This document shows positions 18,609 to 27,841 of a DNA stretch of 42,441 nt, piece after piece. The stretch covers positions 1-42,441 of the forward strand of contig JANPLN010000035.1 of the NCBI GenBank assembly GCA_031426555.1, written 5' to 3'. A program made the translations under genes and the position numbers. Position 1 is the stretch's first letter. The number at the start of each line of letters is the position of its first letter. The notes beneath the pieces are model-generated. The model was not told where the DNA came from and ran no database searches. It saw only the letters and a program-made list of their open reading frames with translations. Source of the stretch: Bdellovibrionales bacterium. GTDB taxonomy: Bacteria > Bdellovibrionota > Bdellovibrionia > Bdellovibrionales > JAGQZY01.

Positions 18609-19495
18609 TCTCCACGTCTGCTGCTTTAAAATTGTTGTTTTCATTATGTCTCGTGCAAAGTGCGTTCGCCGAAACTACCGACTCTGATCAAATGAGCACG
18701 GGTCCTGAAGAAGGTGAAACTTACTACGCAGGCGCTGCACCAATCACATGTACCCTTCGCGCAAAGGGGGGATATCTTATTCGTGAGGGTGCCTCAAAGA
18801 ATAAGTCCAAATGCAGTTCTTTCGAAAAAGGTTCCGATAGCGTTGCCACAGTGGTTGGACAAGACGGCAATTGGATTAAATTCACTTCTGAAGAAACCAA
18901 AAGCTGCCCAGGTGGCGTGGGCTATAGTTATTTTCGCGCTTTCAACGTGCAAGACTTTCAGCGCTACCAAAACGGTGAATGTGGTCGATCGGCGCTGGAT
19001 GGCGGTCGTACGCCGACCCCACCTGCACTTGCGGAGTCGTCGGTCGACACAATAAATAGTCGGGGACACACGTTCCCGTTGGATTCGTGCCACGGAATAA
19101 AAAATGATGGTGGACTTGGACACTACGGTGCTCCTCGCCGTCGCGGATCACGAAGATACGCCCACACCGGAACAGATTATTATGCTCCTTGTGGAACGCC
19201 GGCCCGATCACCGTGTAATGGAAGTGTGACAAGCTCTAATTATGGAGATGTTGCTGGAAATACAGTTGTTATCAAGTGCAACAATGGTGATACTTTCAAA
19301 TTCATGCATATGCATGCTCGTCCTCCAAAAGCGCGTGCCGGAGCAACTGTTACGGTGGGCTCAACGATCGGTGGAGTGGGCAATACAGGAAATGCTCGCT
19401 CACAAGCGTGTCACCTGCACACAGAAGCAATCATCAATGGACGCCGCTCAGATCCGCAATCTTTGTGGGCTTGCCACGGCGATTCAGGACACTAA
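18605..19495 (+). CDS. Secreted M23 family metallopeptidase
   Basis: HTGTD (HxxxD), VGNTGNA, CHLH (HxH); signal peptide; Cys-rich N-terminal domain. Confidence 0.9.
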   Translation: MISTSAALKLLFSLCLVQSAFAETTDSDQMSTGPEEGETYYAGAAPITCTLRAKGGYLIREGASKNKSKCSSFEKGSDSVATVVGQDGNWIKFTSEETKSCPGGVGYSYFRAFNVQDFQRYQNGECGRSALDGGRTPTPPALAESSVDTINSRGHTFPLDSCHGIKNDGGLGHYGAPRRRGSRRYAHTGTDYYAPCGTPARSPCNGSVTSSNYGDVAGNTVVIKCNNGDTFKFMHMHARPPKARAGATVTVGSTIGGVGNTGNARSQACHLHTEAIINGRRSDPQSLWACHGDSGH

Positions 19496-19564
19496 GGTAA
19501 AAGCGTCTCAGTTTAATACAAAATTACAACGCCTTGCTTAGCGGATTCTTTCTGGACTTGCTTT

Positions 19565-20176
19565 TTGGGTCAGACCTGGTTGATCCTATTTGTACGGGGT
19601 CTGACACGCCCTAGGCCTATCAGGAGGTGTCCAGGCAATAGCCTTTCATATCCACGAGTGCTGCTTCTCAATGCCACTTATGAGCCTTTACGAATCGTCA
19701 GCTGGCAAAAAGCAATGATCCTCTGGTTTCAAGAAAAAGCTGAAATTGTCGTCACTCACGAGCGTCTGATTCGATCCTTTCGAAGTCAGTACAACGCTCC
19801 TGCTGTTCTGCGCATGAAAAACTACATCAAACCGCGCTCCCATCGCAGCGTTCGTCTTTCGCGAGACAATATTTTTTTACGCGATAAACACACCTGCCAG
19901 TATTGCTCTAAAAAACTAGCCACGCGAGATTTAACCTTAGATCACGTCATGCCGGTTTCTCGGGGCGGTGGAAAAAGTTGGGAAAACTTAGTGGCCGCCT
20001 GTCACACCTGCAATCGTGTCAAAGCCAGCCGAACACCCAATGAGGCGGGCATGCCTCTCCTCAACGAACCAACGAAACTCAAATGGTCGCCCACCTTCGA
20101 TATCCAAGTGAAGTTTGAAAAAGTAGATTCTCTTTGGGAACCCTACTTAGACGCACTCATGGCTGTGGGGTTTTAA
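19565..20176 (+). CDS. HNH endonuclease (start uncertain; GTG 19658 possible)
   Basis: VLLLNATYEPL, RDKHTCQYC, TLDHVMP, WENLVAACHTCNRVK. Confidence 0.9.
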   Translation: MGQTWLILFVRGLTRPRPIRRCPGNSLSYPRVLLLNATYEPLRIVSWQKAMILWFQEKAEIVVTHERLIRSFRSQYNAPAVLRMKNYIKPRSHRSVRLSRDNIFLRDKHTCQYCSKKLATRDLTLDHVMPVSRGGGKSWENLVAACHTCNRVKASRTPNEAGMPLLNEPTKLKWSPTFDIQVKFEKVDSLWEPYLDALMAVGF

Positions 20177-20763
20177 GGCCACCAATGGGGTCCTTTTTTT
20201 AAAGGGCCATTCTTGAAATACCTGGCTCTCATCTTGCGAAAAATTTTATCAGAACTCTCAAACGGCTGATGTTTTTGCGCGCCGATGTATTTTTCCACTT
20301 GCCACAAGTTTTGTGCTGAAGCGCGCCAATCACTTTGCGTTTCATCAAGGTGAAAAACCTCGTAGCGCACAATGCGCCCCGTTTTATCAATGTAGGGGGC
20401 GTAATATGATTTTACTAACTGTTTAATGGAGGAAAAGACAGGTTTCCGACCGTGCAGGCCCTTATCGCGAGAGCGGCCAATGGTTCCCCACCCGCTCGTC
20501 GTGCGAAATAGAAACACCACATGATCCAAAAAATCATGGCTCTCCATGCTGAGAACACAGGGTTCGTAGCCGTGCTGTTCAAGAATAGCAGCTGCAATAA
20601 AAGCCGCTTCCAAACAATGCCCCGTGTTTCGTCGGAGGGACTCTTCGGCGGAACACAAAGTTTCGAGGTGTTTCTCGGAGTTGTACGGCATCTGCGCGAC
20701 AAACTGTTGCACGGCTCGCGGGGTGGTGTATTTTTTGGCGGCTTCTAGGATAAGACGCATCAA
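20173..20763 (-). CDS. Transglutaminase-like conserved hypothetical protein
   Basis: GHCLEAA ... DHVVFLF ... WGTIGRS Cys/His pattern. Confidence 0.6.
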   Translation of the reverse strand: MMRLILEAAKKYTTPRAVQQFVAQMPYNSEKHLETLCSAEESLRRNTGHCLEAAFIAAAILEQHGYEPCVLSMESHDFLDHVVFLFRTTSGWGTIGRSRDKGLHGRKPVFSSIKQLVKSYYAPYIDKTGRIVRYEVFHLDETQSDWRASAQNLWQVEKYIGAQKHQPFESSDKIFRKMRARYFKNGPLKKGPHWWP

Positions 20764-20766
20764 AAC

Positions 20767-21930
20767 CTATTGCACCGATTCGGTGAGCAACTTTAATATT
20801 TTTGCCGAGCCTTCGCGGGCCTTTGGAGTGCCAGAATTTACTAGCACGGTGATCACGATTTCGCGCGCAGGTGCCAACACCATGTGCGAGGTAAACAGAG
20901 AATCCAGGGACGACGACGTGAGAGTTCGTCCACCAGCCCACACGCGATCGTGCACAAGAAAGTGCGCATGGGTCATTTTGGGATCTAAACTTGGCCCAAA
21001 AAGTTTAGCAAAAGTTTCTTCCTGAAGAAATTGCGACTCGCGGTAAAGGCCCATATTAATTTCTTTTAACAGCTTGGCTAAATCTCCAGACGAACAACTT
21101 AATGATTCAGCTGGAGCGATGGCGGCTGGAACATCCAGCTTCTTTTCGGCAATGAGTTTAAAATTGCTCAGCGTATGACCGAGCGGATGATCAACGGCCT
21201 GGCTTTTTGGATTTGTTGCCAAACCGAAACCACATTGAGTCAGACCCATGTCAAAAAATATTTTATTCTTAACAAGCTCCTCCCATTGAAAATTTGTGTA
21301 TTTTTCTAAAATCCAGCCGAGCACCACATGATTGGTGGAATTGATATCAGTTTTGGAATTCGGTGTGAATTCTGGATTGTACGACAGCGCTGATTGGATG
21401 ATCAGTTCGCGGCCACGTCTTGCGGAATATTTGTCCAATGTCGCCATCACTTTTAACTTATCCAGTCCCACAAGTCCGCTTCTTTGGGCCATCAACATTT
21501 CAACGGTCACTGTGCGGAGTTGCGGGTTGACCGTAAAATCTTTTCCGACCAAGTCAGCGAGCGTTGAGTTCCAGCTGACAACTTTTTGGTCGATCAACTG
21601 CGCCATTAAAAGTGACGTCAGCGTTTTGGAAATGTGTCCCAAGTAATAACGATCGGTTTCAGCGATCGGGGTGGGGGCTCCAACGGCCCTAACGCCCAAG
21701 AATTTTTGATAGGCAATTTCGCCGCGCTCGTGAATTTGTACATGCACGGCCGGAAGATTAAACTTTGTGGCGATGTCTTCGATTTTTTTATCGAGGTCGA
21801 GATTCTTTTCGATCCTTATTTTTTTTAAATTTTCCTGAAGTGCCTCAGTTGGATTGCTTTGCGGCGCCTGGGATGTGGAGCAGGCAGTAAACATAACGAC
21901 GAGGGCGGAAAAAAATATAAATGTTTTCAT
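20767..21930 (-). CDS. Beta-lactamase-fold (serine hydrolase) lipoprotein with degenerate active site
   Basis: Lipobox FTAC; LGHISKTLT, VTVEMLMAQRSGL, PAESLSCSSGDLAK. Confidence 0.8.
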   Translation of the reverse strand: MKTFIFFSALVVMFTACSTSQAPQSNPTEALQENLKKIRIEKNLDLDKKIEDIATKFNLPAVHVQIHERGEIAYQKFLGVRAVGAPTPIAETDRYYLGHISKTLTSLLMAQLIDQKVVSWNSTLADLVGKDFTVNPQLRTVTVEMLMAQRSGLVGLDKLKVMATLDKYSARRGRELIIQSALSYNPEFTPNSKTDINSTNHVVLGWILEKYTNFQWEELVKNKIFFDMGLTQCGFGLATNPKSQAVDHPLGHTLSNFKLIAEKKLDVPAAIAPAESLSCSSGDLAKLLKEINMGLYRESQFLQEETFAKLFGPSLDPKMTHAHFLVHDRVWAGGRTLTSSSLDSLFTSHMVLAPAREIVITVLVNSGTPKAREGSAKILKLLTESVQ

Positions 21931-21989
21931 GGTATAAGTATAACGTGGACGGATCGCAAGTTCAAGATCCGTCCAGGAGCCCAGTACAG

Positions 21990-22295
21990 TTAAGCTGCGA
22001 CGGGCGTCTTTTTGGTGGTTGTGGAGAGAATGCCTCTTTGCAAAAACCACGTGGAGCAGTCTTGCCAAAATTTATCGCGCAATTTCTCCTCGGCAGGGCC
22101 AAAACGCATTTTTGGGTAGTCACTTTTTTCGATATGACCAATAAACCCTTGCTCGTTGCTATTTTTAACAACCTTCATTAAAAGTTGAAAGTGCACTTCG
22201 GTGAAAGTCTTTTGATCAACCAACATCTGTCGAAGCCCTTTCTCTGGCGTCTGATGTAAAAATTGATACAATCCTGCGTAATCATACTGATTCAT
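21990..22295 (-). CDS. Conserved hypothetical protein
   Basis: SD AGGAGA before ATG 22295; FliA-type promoter directly upstream. Confidence 0.7.
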   Translation of the reverse strand: MNQYDYAGLYQFLHQTPEKGLRQMLVDQKTFTEVHFQLLMKVVKNSNEQGFIGHIEKSDYPKMRFGPAEEKLRDKFWQDCSTWFLQRGILSTTTKKTPVAA

Positions 22296-22314
22296 GATGT
22301 CTCCTTTTTTAAAC

Positions 22315-22341
22315 TTATCGGCTGGACTTTTCGAATCTTGA
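22315..22341 (-). promoter_or_regulatory. Sigma-28 (FliA) promoter
   Basis: TCAAGATT-N11-GCCGATAA on the minus strand. Confidence 0.75.
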
Positions 22342-22362
22342 CCAACCATCTCAAAATAAAAC

Positions 22363-22382
22363 AAAAACGCCTCGAAGAGGCG
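22363..22382 (-). terminator. Rho-independent terminator
   Basis: CGCCTC/GAGGCG hairpin followed by a T run on the minus strand, after the 22418 stop. Confidence 0.6.
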
Positions 22383-22417
22383 CTAATGCTGAGCTTAAAT
22401 GGATCCTGGTAAATTGC

Positions 22418-22867
22418 TTAAAACTTTTTCGATGGTTTCAACTTTTTTCCTGCTTTAGGAACACTGGCCACCGACCGACTTTTTTTGACAACTAGTTTAT
22501 CTGGGGAATCATCTGCCGACTTGATGGTAGAACAGTATGCTTTTTGGCCCACGATAAATCCATTATGACACGAAATCGACTTAAATGTCTTTTTAGGCGG
22601 TTCAACCTTTGCTACAGGTTTGATTTCCTTTTTCGTTTTAGCGGGCTGATCAAAATCTAAGCGCACAACTTTTCGAGGGGAATTTGCAGCATTTTTTGTC
22701 TTTTTGGGCTGATCAAAGTCTAAGCGCACAACCTTCCGAGGTGCTTTAACTTGTTTATTTTTTTGTTTTTTAGCGGCCACTTCTTTTGTGGTGAGTAATT
22801 TTGCCTCTCCAGCAAACGAAACTAGAAAACACGCGACAAACATTAAAACCAAATACGACTTCATCAC
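22418..22867 (-). CDS. Secreted Lys-rich hypothetical protein with internal repeat
   Basis: Signal peptide; PRKVVRLDFDQP occurs twice. Confidence 0.7.
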   Translation of the reverse strand: MMKSYLVLMFVACFLVSFAGEAKLLTTKEVAAKKQKNKQVKAPRKVVRLDFDQPKKTKNAANSPRKVVRLDFDQPAKTKKEIKPVAKVEPPKKTFKSISCHNGFIVGQKAYCSTIKSADDSPDKLVVKKSRSVASVPKAGKKLKPSKKF

Positions 22868-22904
22868 TTTCGCCTCCTTGAAAGTTGCGGACCCTTACTA
22901 GATA

Positions 22905-22920
22905 TACAAATGGAGTGCCG
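22905..22920 (-). promoter_or_regulatory. Possible sigma-54 promoter
   Basis: CGGCAC-TCCAT-TTGTA (GG-N10-GT, one mismatch at -12). Confidence 0.3.
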
Positions 22921-23004
22921 AAAAGAGGGGGGCTGTAGCCTCCTAAAGTTGCAGGAAGCGTCAAAAGGACGAATTTGTCTTTTTTATCGACAGAAAAATG
23001 AACT

Positions 23005-23499
23005 TTATTTTACACAATCAGCTGGAACATAGGCCGTACCGCTTTTTTTGTAGGCCTTAAACCATTCGGTGTTGTGTGAGTCCAACCACAGCTTTTTACC
23101 CTTTGCCACGTTACCTACGGACTTACTCTCTGGAGATGGCGACGATTTCATATCGCAAGCATTGGCAAATACAAAGTAACCATTTTTTGCTGCGGAGGCG
23201 GGAGTTCGTTCTTTTTGCGCTTTTGCTGGTTGCACTTTAGTAGGCTCAGCCTTTTCAGTTTCTACAGGCTCAGCCTTAGCCACTTGCTGCGGTTCTTCCG
23301 CGGGAAGTTCTGCATCTTCAACAAAACCATTATCTGAATCGGGAAGCTCGATGCTTTCTTGTGAGGTTTCCGAATTCTCAAGGGCAATCTCTTGCGGAGT
23401 TGGCGCCTCAAATGGCTTAATCTCTGGGTGTGTTGAGCAGCCCAGCTGCGTGCTGAACATCAAAGATGACAATAGTAGAATATATTTTTGTGTTTTCAT
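23005..23499 (-). CDS. Lipoprotein with C-terminal SH3b domain
   Basis: Lipobox QLGC, Glu/Pro linker, SH3b (MKSSPSPESKSVG..WFK..AYVPA). Confidence 0.7.
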   Translation of the reverse strand: MKTQKYILLLSSLMFSTQLGCSTHPEIKPFEAPTPQEIALENSETSQESIELPDSDNGFVEDAELPAEEPQQVAKAEPVETEKAEPTKVQPAKAQKERTPASAAKNGYFVFANACDMKSSPSPESKSVGNVAKGKKLWLDSHNTEWFKAYKKSGTAYVPADCVK

Positions 23500-23507
23500 G
23501 TCCACTC

Positions 23508-23534
23508 TATCGGCGCATCTATAAAAAACTAAGG
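23508..23534 (-). promoter_or_regulatory. Putative sigma-28 (FliA) promoter
   Basis: CTTAGTTT-N11-GCCGATAG on the minus strand. Confidence 0.55.
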
Positions 23535-23635
23535 TCCCATTTCAACTCAGAGTGGACAATGTCTTTTTTTGAAACGCGAATCAGGACTTAGGTAAAGTGA
23601 CGTGTTTAAAACTTTTTCGAGAAGTTAGGGTTTAG

Positions 23636-24949
23636 CTATTTAGCTATCAATTCATCCATTGCATCGAGAGTCATCAGGCTTAAGGTGCGAACACCCACTT
23701 TCAATGCCGACTCATCAGCATAAAACAAACCACTGTGATTGGTTGCGGCCTTGCCAAGGTTTTTTAAGGGAGTGACACCTAAAAATACAAAAACGCCAGG
23801 CACTTCTTTGGCATAGTAGGAAAAGTCTTCAGAGCCTCCGATTTTATAGCCCTCAGTGATCTTCCCCTCTGCTGCCGTTTGCAACGACGGTAAAACTTGG
23901 CTTGAGAGCTTTTCATCATTGATTGTGACATCGTACCCGCGATGGATGCGCACCTTCGCCGTGGCGCCCACAGACTTCGCAGCATGTTCCGCGCCTTCGG
24001 TTGTAAACTGAATGGCTTTTTTGCGCGAATCATCATCGAAAGCGCGAATTGTTCCAGACAGTTTTGCAGTGTCGGGAATTATATTTTCGCGGTAGCCAGC
24101 ATTGAAGGTGCCAACAGTTACGACCGAAGTGTTTTTTGCGATGTTCAAGCGGCGACTCACGATTTGATTGAGAACTTCGACAATTTTTGCACCAGCTAAA
24201 ATAGGATCCACGCCTTCCCACGGAAGTGTTGCATGGGTTTGCCGACCTTCTACGGTGATATAAAAGTTATCGTAGCTCGCCATGGAGGGGCCCGGAGTAT
24301 AAACCAAGCGTCCGGACTCATAATTTGCAGACACGTGAAGGGCAAAGATCATATCGGGCTTGAGAATTTTTTTAAACAAGCCTTCTTTTAGCATTTGGTG
24401 CGCGCCCCAATCCACAGCAGAATTGTCGCGCCCGTCGCCAGGCCCTTCTTCGGCTGGTTGAAAAACAAACATCACAGTTCCCTTGAGGCGATTTTGTTTT
24501 TTGAGATCACTCAACAGCTCAGCAGTGGCCATTAACATCGCTGTGTGGGTGTCGTGTCCGCAGGCGTGCATCACATCCACGTCTTTGCCCAGATAACGGC
24601 CCTTGGCTTTGGACGCAAACGGAACGTCAGTGAGTTCTTTGATGGGAAGGGCGTCCATGTCGGCCCGCAGGGCAACCACCGGGCGCGCATTCTGGCCTTT
24701 TAAAATGCCGACAACTCCAGTTTTCGCGATATTTGTTTTTACTTCGAGGCCTAAATTTTTGAGGTGCTCAGCGACAAGCTTCGCGGTGCGAGACTCGCTT
24801 TCGCCAAGCTCGGGATTTTGATGAATGTCCCTGCGCCAGGCGATCAGTTTTTTTTCAAGTTCATCGGAGCGTTTAAAAACATCCTGTTTCCAAGCAGAGT
24901 CTTGGCTAGCCATGGAAATTTGCGTAAGAGCGAAAATAAGAAAAATCAT
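23636..24949 (-). CDS. M20D family amidohydrolase, secreted
   Basis: HQNPEL, LRADMDALP, MHACGHDTH, FQPAEEG, GSEDFS, NHS. Confidence 0.93.
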   Translation of the reverse strand: MIFLIFALTQISMASQDSAWKQDVFKRSDELEKKLIAWRRDIHQNPELGESESRTAKLVAEHLKNLGLEVKTNIAKTGVVGILKGQNARPVVALRADMDALPIKELTDVPFASKAKGRYLGKDVDVMHACGHDTHTAMLMATAELLSDLKKQNRLKGTVMFVFQPAEEGPGDGRDNSAVDWGAHQMLKEGLFKKILKPDMIFALHVSANYESGRLVYTPGPSMASYDNFYITVEGRQTHATLPWEGVDPILAGAKIVEVLNQIVSRRLNIAKNTSVVTVGTFNAGYRENIIPDTAKLSGTIRAFDDDSRKKAIQFTTEGAEHAAKSVGATAKVRIHRGYDVTINDEKLSSQVLPSLQTAAEGKITEGYKIGGSEDFSYYAKEVPGVFVFLGVTPLKNLGKAATNHSGLFYADESALKVGVRTLSLMTLDAMDELIAK

Positions 24950-25012
24950 GTATCTCCCCCTGAGAGAGAGAAATATATAATCAATCTTGACTTAAAGTCT
25001 GCTAAAATTTGT

Positions 25013-25231
25013 TTATTTATGACGTAAGAGAATAAGGCCGTGAGTGGGATCATATGGCGAAACGCCAACTGTGACACGGTCACCTAGGATCACGCGAATT
25101 TTAAATCGTTTCATTTTTCCGCAAAGCTTTGCGGTGATCATGAGTTCGTTAGGTAAGGTCACTTGATATGTGCCACCACCTAGAAGTTTTGATACTTTTC
25201 CATCGATGGATGTTAAATCATCCTTTGCCAT
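25013..25231 (-). CDS. infA: Translation initiation factor IF-1
   Basis: MAKDD..IDGKV..GKMKRFKIRVILGDRVTVGVSPYDPTHGLI; SD AGGAG. Confidence 0.93.
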   Translation of the reverse strand: MAKDDLTSIDGKVSKLLGGGTYQVTLPNELMITAKLCGKMKRFKIRVILGDRVTVGVSPYDPTHGLILLRHK

Positions 25232-25253
25232 GCAGCGGCTCCTTTGAGAGATT

Positions 25254-26549
25254 TCAAACTAACACGCCTGCGGGGGCATAGATATCATTATTTTGCTGGT
25301 TCGGTGCGACTGGCATGTGGGTCCCTGCGATCCACGCCGTGGTCCACGCATTTTGAAAGTTAAAACCGCCAGTGATACCATCCACATCTAACAGCTCTCC
25401 CGCAAAGTAGACTCCAGGGCAAAGTTTACTTTGCAGAGTTTTAAAATCGATTTCTCTTAAATTGACGCCACCGCACTCGACAAATTCGTCCTTAAAACGA
25501 TTTTTTCCAAGAATTTCGAAAGCGCACGAAAACAGCAGCTCGGCCAGTTTGAGAATTTGTTTTTTCGCAAGGTTTGCCCACAAAAGTTCCTGCGGAATTT
25601 CTGCCACATCAAGAGCCTGTAACCAAAAACGCTTGGCCACCTCGGAGGGATAAACATTCTTAATTTGCGACTTGGCATTCGTTTCTTTGAGGTCAGTGAG
25701 AAGAGATTGTACCTGCTCAATGCGTTCATATCCAAGCCAGTTGACGATCAGTTGAGCTTTGTAATCGGCGTGCATCATGTCCCGCGCCGCCCAGGCTGAG
25801 AGCTTAAGGATCGCCGGGCCACTCAAGCCCCAGTGAGTGATCAAGGTGGGTCCGTCTTGTTTAAACAGTGGAGCGCCTTCTATTTTGAGTTTTAACTTTG
25901 TTCTTTGAAAACTTAAACCCGAAAGATCCTTTAACAATGGATGTTCGATTTTAAAACTAAACAAGGAAGGCGCAAGCTCGGTGATATTGTGCCCGAGGGA
26001 CTTAGCAAAGGTGTAACCTGCCTGCGAACTGCCGGTGGCGATGAGCACGCGGTCTGCGACCATCGCTTCGTGGTCTTTTATGTTCAGGCGCAGTTGTCCA
26101 TTTTCCAAACGGCTAATGGACTGAACACTGTGATTGAGATGGAGTCCGATATTTAGTTTTTTCACTTCCTCTAAAAAGCAATTGATGATGGTTTCCGAGG
26201 AATCAGTGTCTGGAAACATTCGGCCGTCGTCCTCAGCCACCAAATTCACGCCACGGCTTTTAAACCAGGCTACGGTGTCCTGGGTCTGAAATCGTTGGAA
26301 AGGGGAGAGTAGCTCCTTCGCTCCGCGCGGATAATTTTGGCAAAAGCGTGGAACTTCGAAGCAATTGTGAGTGACATTGCAACGACCCCCGCCGGAAATA
26401 CGAACTTTCTTTAAAACTTGCGACGAGTTCTCGAGAATACAAACCACCACGTTTTGCCCCTGCTCGCGCGCCACCTCGGCCGCTCGAAGGGCAGCAAAAA
26501 AACCCGCAGCGCCGCCGCCAATAATGACAATGTGAAGTGGTTTTTGCAC
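25254..26549 (-). CDS. HI0933/BaiN (YhiN) family flavoprotein
   Basis: IIGGGAAG, KVRISGGGRCNVT, GRMFP, THWGLSGP, GELLDVDGITGGFNFQNA; GTG 26549 preferred. Confidence 0.93.
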   Translation of the reverse strand: MQKPLHIVIIGGGAAGFFAALRAAEVAREQGQNVVVCILENSSQVLKKVRISGGGRCNVTHNCFEVPRFCQNYPRGAKELLSPFQRFQTQDTVAWFKSRGVNLVAEDDGRMFPDTDSSETIINCFLEEVKKLNIGLHLNHSVQSISRLENGQLRLNIKDHEAMVADRVLIATGSSQAGYTFAKSLGHNITELAPSLFSFKIEHPLLKDLSGLSFQRTKLKLKIEGAPLFKQDGPTLITHWGLSGPAILKLSAWAARDMMHADYKAQLIVNWLGYERIEQVQSLLTDLKETNAKSQIKNVYPSEVAKRFWLQALDVAEIPQELLWANLAKKQILKLAELLFSCAFEILGKNRFKDEFVECGGVNLREIDFKTLQSKLCPGVYFAGELLDVDGITGGFNFQNAWTTAWIAGTHMPVAPNQQNNDIYAPAGVLV

Positions 26550-26731
26550 GCCGAAGCCTTCGTAAGTGGTTATTATATCTCGGTATATTAAACATACCTT
26601 GGGGGCGGTGGGAATCACTCTTTGTGAAATCGGGAGAACTTTCAACAAGTATGTCGCTATTTCAAATTGCTCCCCAAAAATTGCTATTTTTAGCGTTCTA
26701 AGCTAAATACTTTAAAATTAAAGGACCCCCA

Positions 26732-27841
26732 ATGAACTCATTTTCCTCTTTCAAATTGCTCGCAACGCTCCAATCCACGCTCACCGAAAAAGATTTTAAA
26801 ACTCCCACGGAGATTCAAAACAAAGCGTTGCCATTATTGCTCGAAGGAAAGTCGGTTGTTGGTCTTGCAGAAACTGGCAGCGGAAAAACTTTGGCGTTTG
26901 TATTGCCAATTCTGCAATTGGTAAAATCTCTCGAAGATCAGGGCGAAGCGGTAACCAAGCAAGGGCGCCCTCGCGCTGCCGTAATTGTGCCCACACGAGA
27001 GCTTGGCGAACAGATTTCAAAGGTTTTAAAAGTCTTTACGCACACCACACGAGTTCGCGTGCGAACGGTTTTTGGCGGCGTGGCCATGGATGTTGCAAAA
27101 CAAAACATTCGCGCCCCTTTTGAGATCCTCGTAGCCACACCGGGTCGGCTGATTCAGTTGATGGATACAAAGCAAGTTGATCTCAGCGATGTTCGTTTGC
27201 TCGTTTTTGACGAAGCTGACCAAATGCTCGATAGCGGCTTTTTATCAGACGCCACCCGCATCGCCGAAGCGTGCGTGCCGGATCGCCAAATGGCCCTGTT
27301 CACCGCGACACTTTCGGGAATGACTCAGGATTTGATTAACAAATTATTTATCAACGCCGAATCCGTGCGCAGCGGTGGTAGCCACCGTGTTGTTCCTTCG
27401 TTAGTCACAAAAAATTTAACGGTTGTCGATGGAAAACGCTTTCCATTGCTCGAAAAAATATTGTCCAAGCCCATCGAAGGCGGCACACTTATTTTTACCA
27501 ACACGCGCGAGCAATGCGATAACCTGGCCGAGCTTTTATTAAAGAGCGGAAAAAAATGCGCCATCTACCGCGGTGAGATGGACAAGGTTGTGCGCAAAAA
27601 TAATTTAAAAAGCTTCCGCGAAGGATCTGATAAAATTTTAATTTCCACCGATTTAGCTTCGCGAGGCCTCGATGTGGAGCATGTGTCGCTGGTGATTAAC
27701 TATCACTTGCCGCGCGAAATCGAAAACTACATTCACCGTGCCGGTCGCACAGCCCGTGCCGGGCGCAGCGGCACCGTTATTAACTTAGTCACCGAGCGCG
27801 ATGGCAGTTTGATGTCAAAGCTGGGCGACATTAAATATTAA
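26732..27841 (+). CDS. DEAD-box RNA helicase
   Basis: PTEIQ, AETGSGKT, PTREL, TPGRL, DEAD, TAT (motif III), HRAGRTAR. Confidence 0.95.
   Translation: MNSFSSFKLLATLQSTLTEKDFKTPTEIQNKALPLLLEGKSVVGLAETGSGKTLAFVLPILQLVKSLEDQGEAVTKQGRPRAAVIVPTRELGEQISKVLKVFTHTTRVRVRTVFGGVAMDVAKQNIRAPFEILVATPGRLIQLMDTKQVDLSDVRLLVFDEADQMLDSGFLSDATRIAEACVPDRQMALFTATLSGMTQDLINKLFINAESVRSGGSHRVVPSLVTKNLTVVDGKRFPLLEKILSKPIEGGTLIFTNTREQCDNLAELLLKSGKKCAIYRGEMDKVVRKNNLKSFREGSDKILISTDLASRGLDVEHVSLVINYHLPREIENYIHRAGRTARAGRSGTVINLVTERDGSLMSKLGDIKY

Noticed and set aside
23636..24949. M20 amidohydrolase as a taurine-amide hydrolase belonging to the CDO-CSAD system
   Set aside because: Separated by three unrelated genes; the family is common and nothing in the sequence links it.
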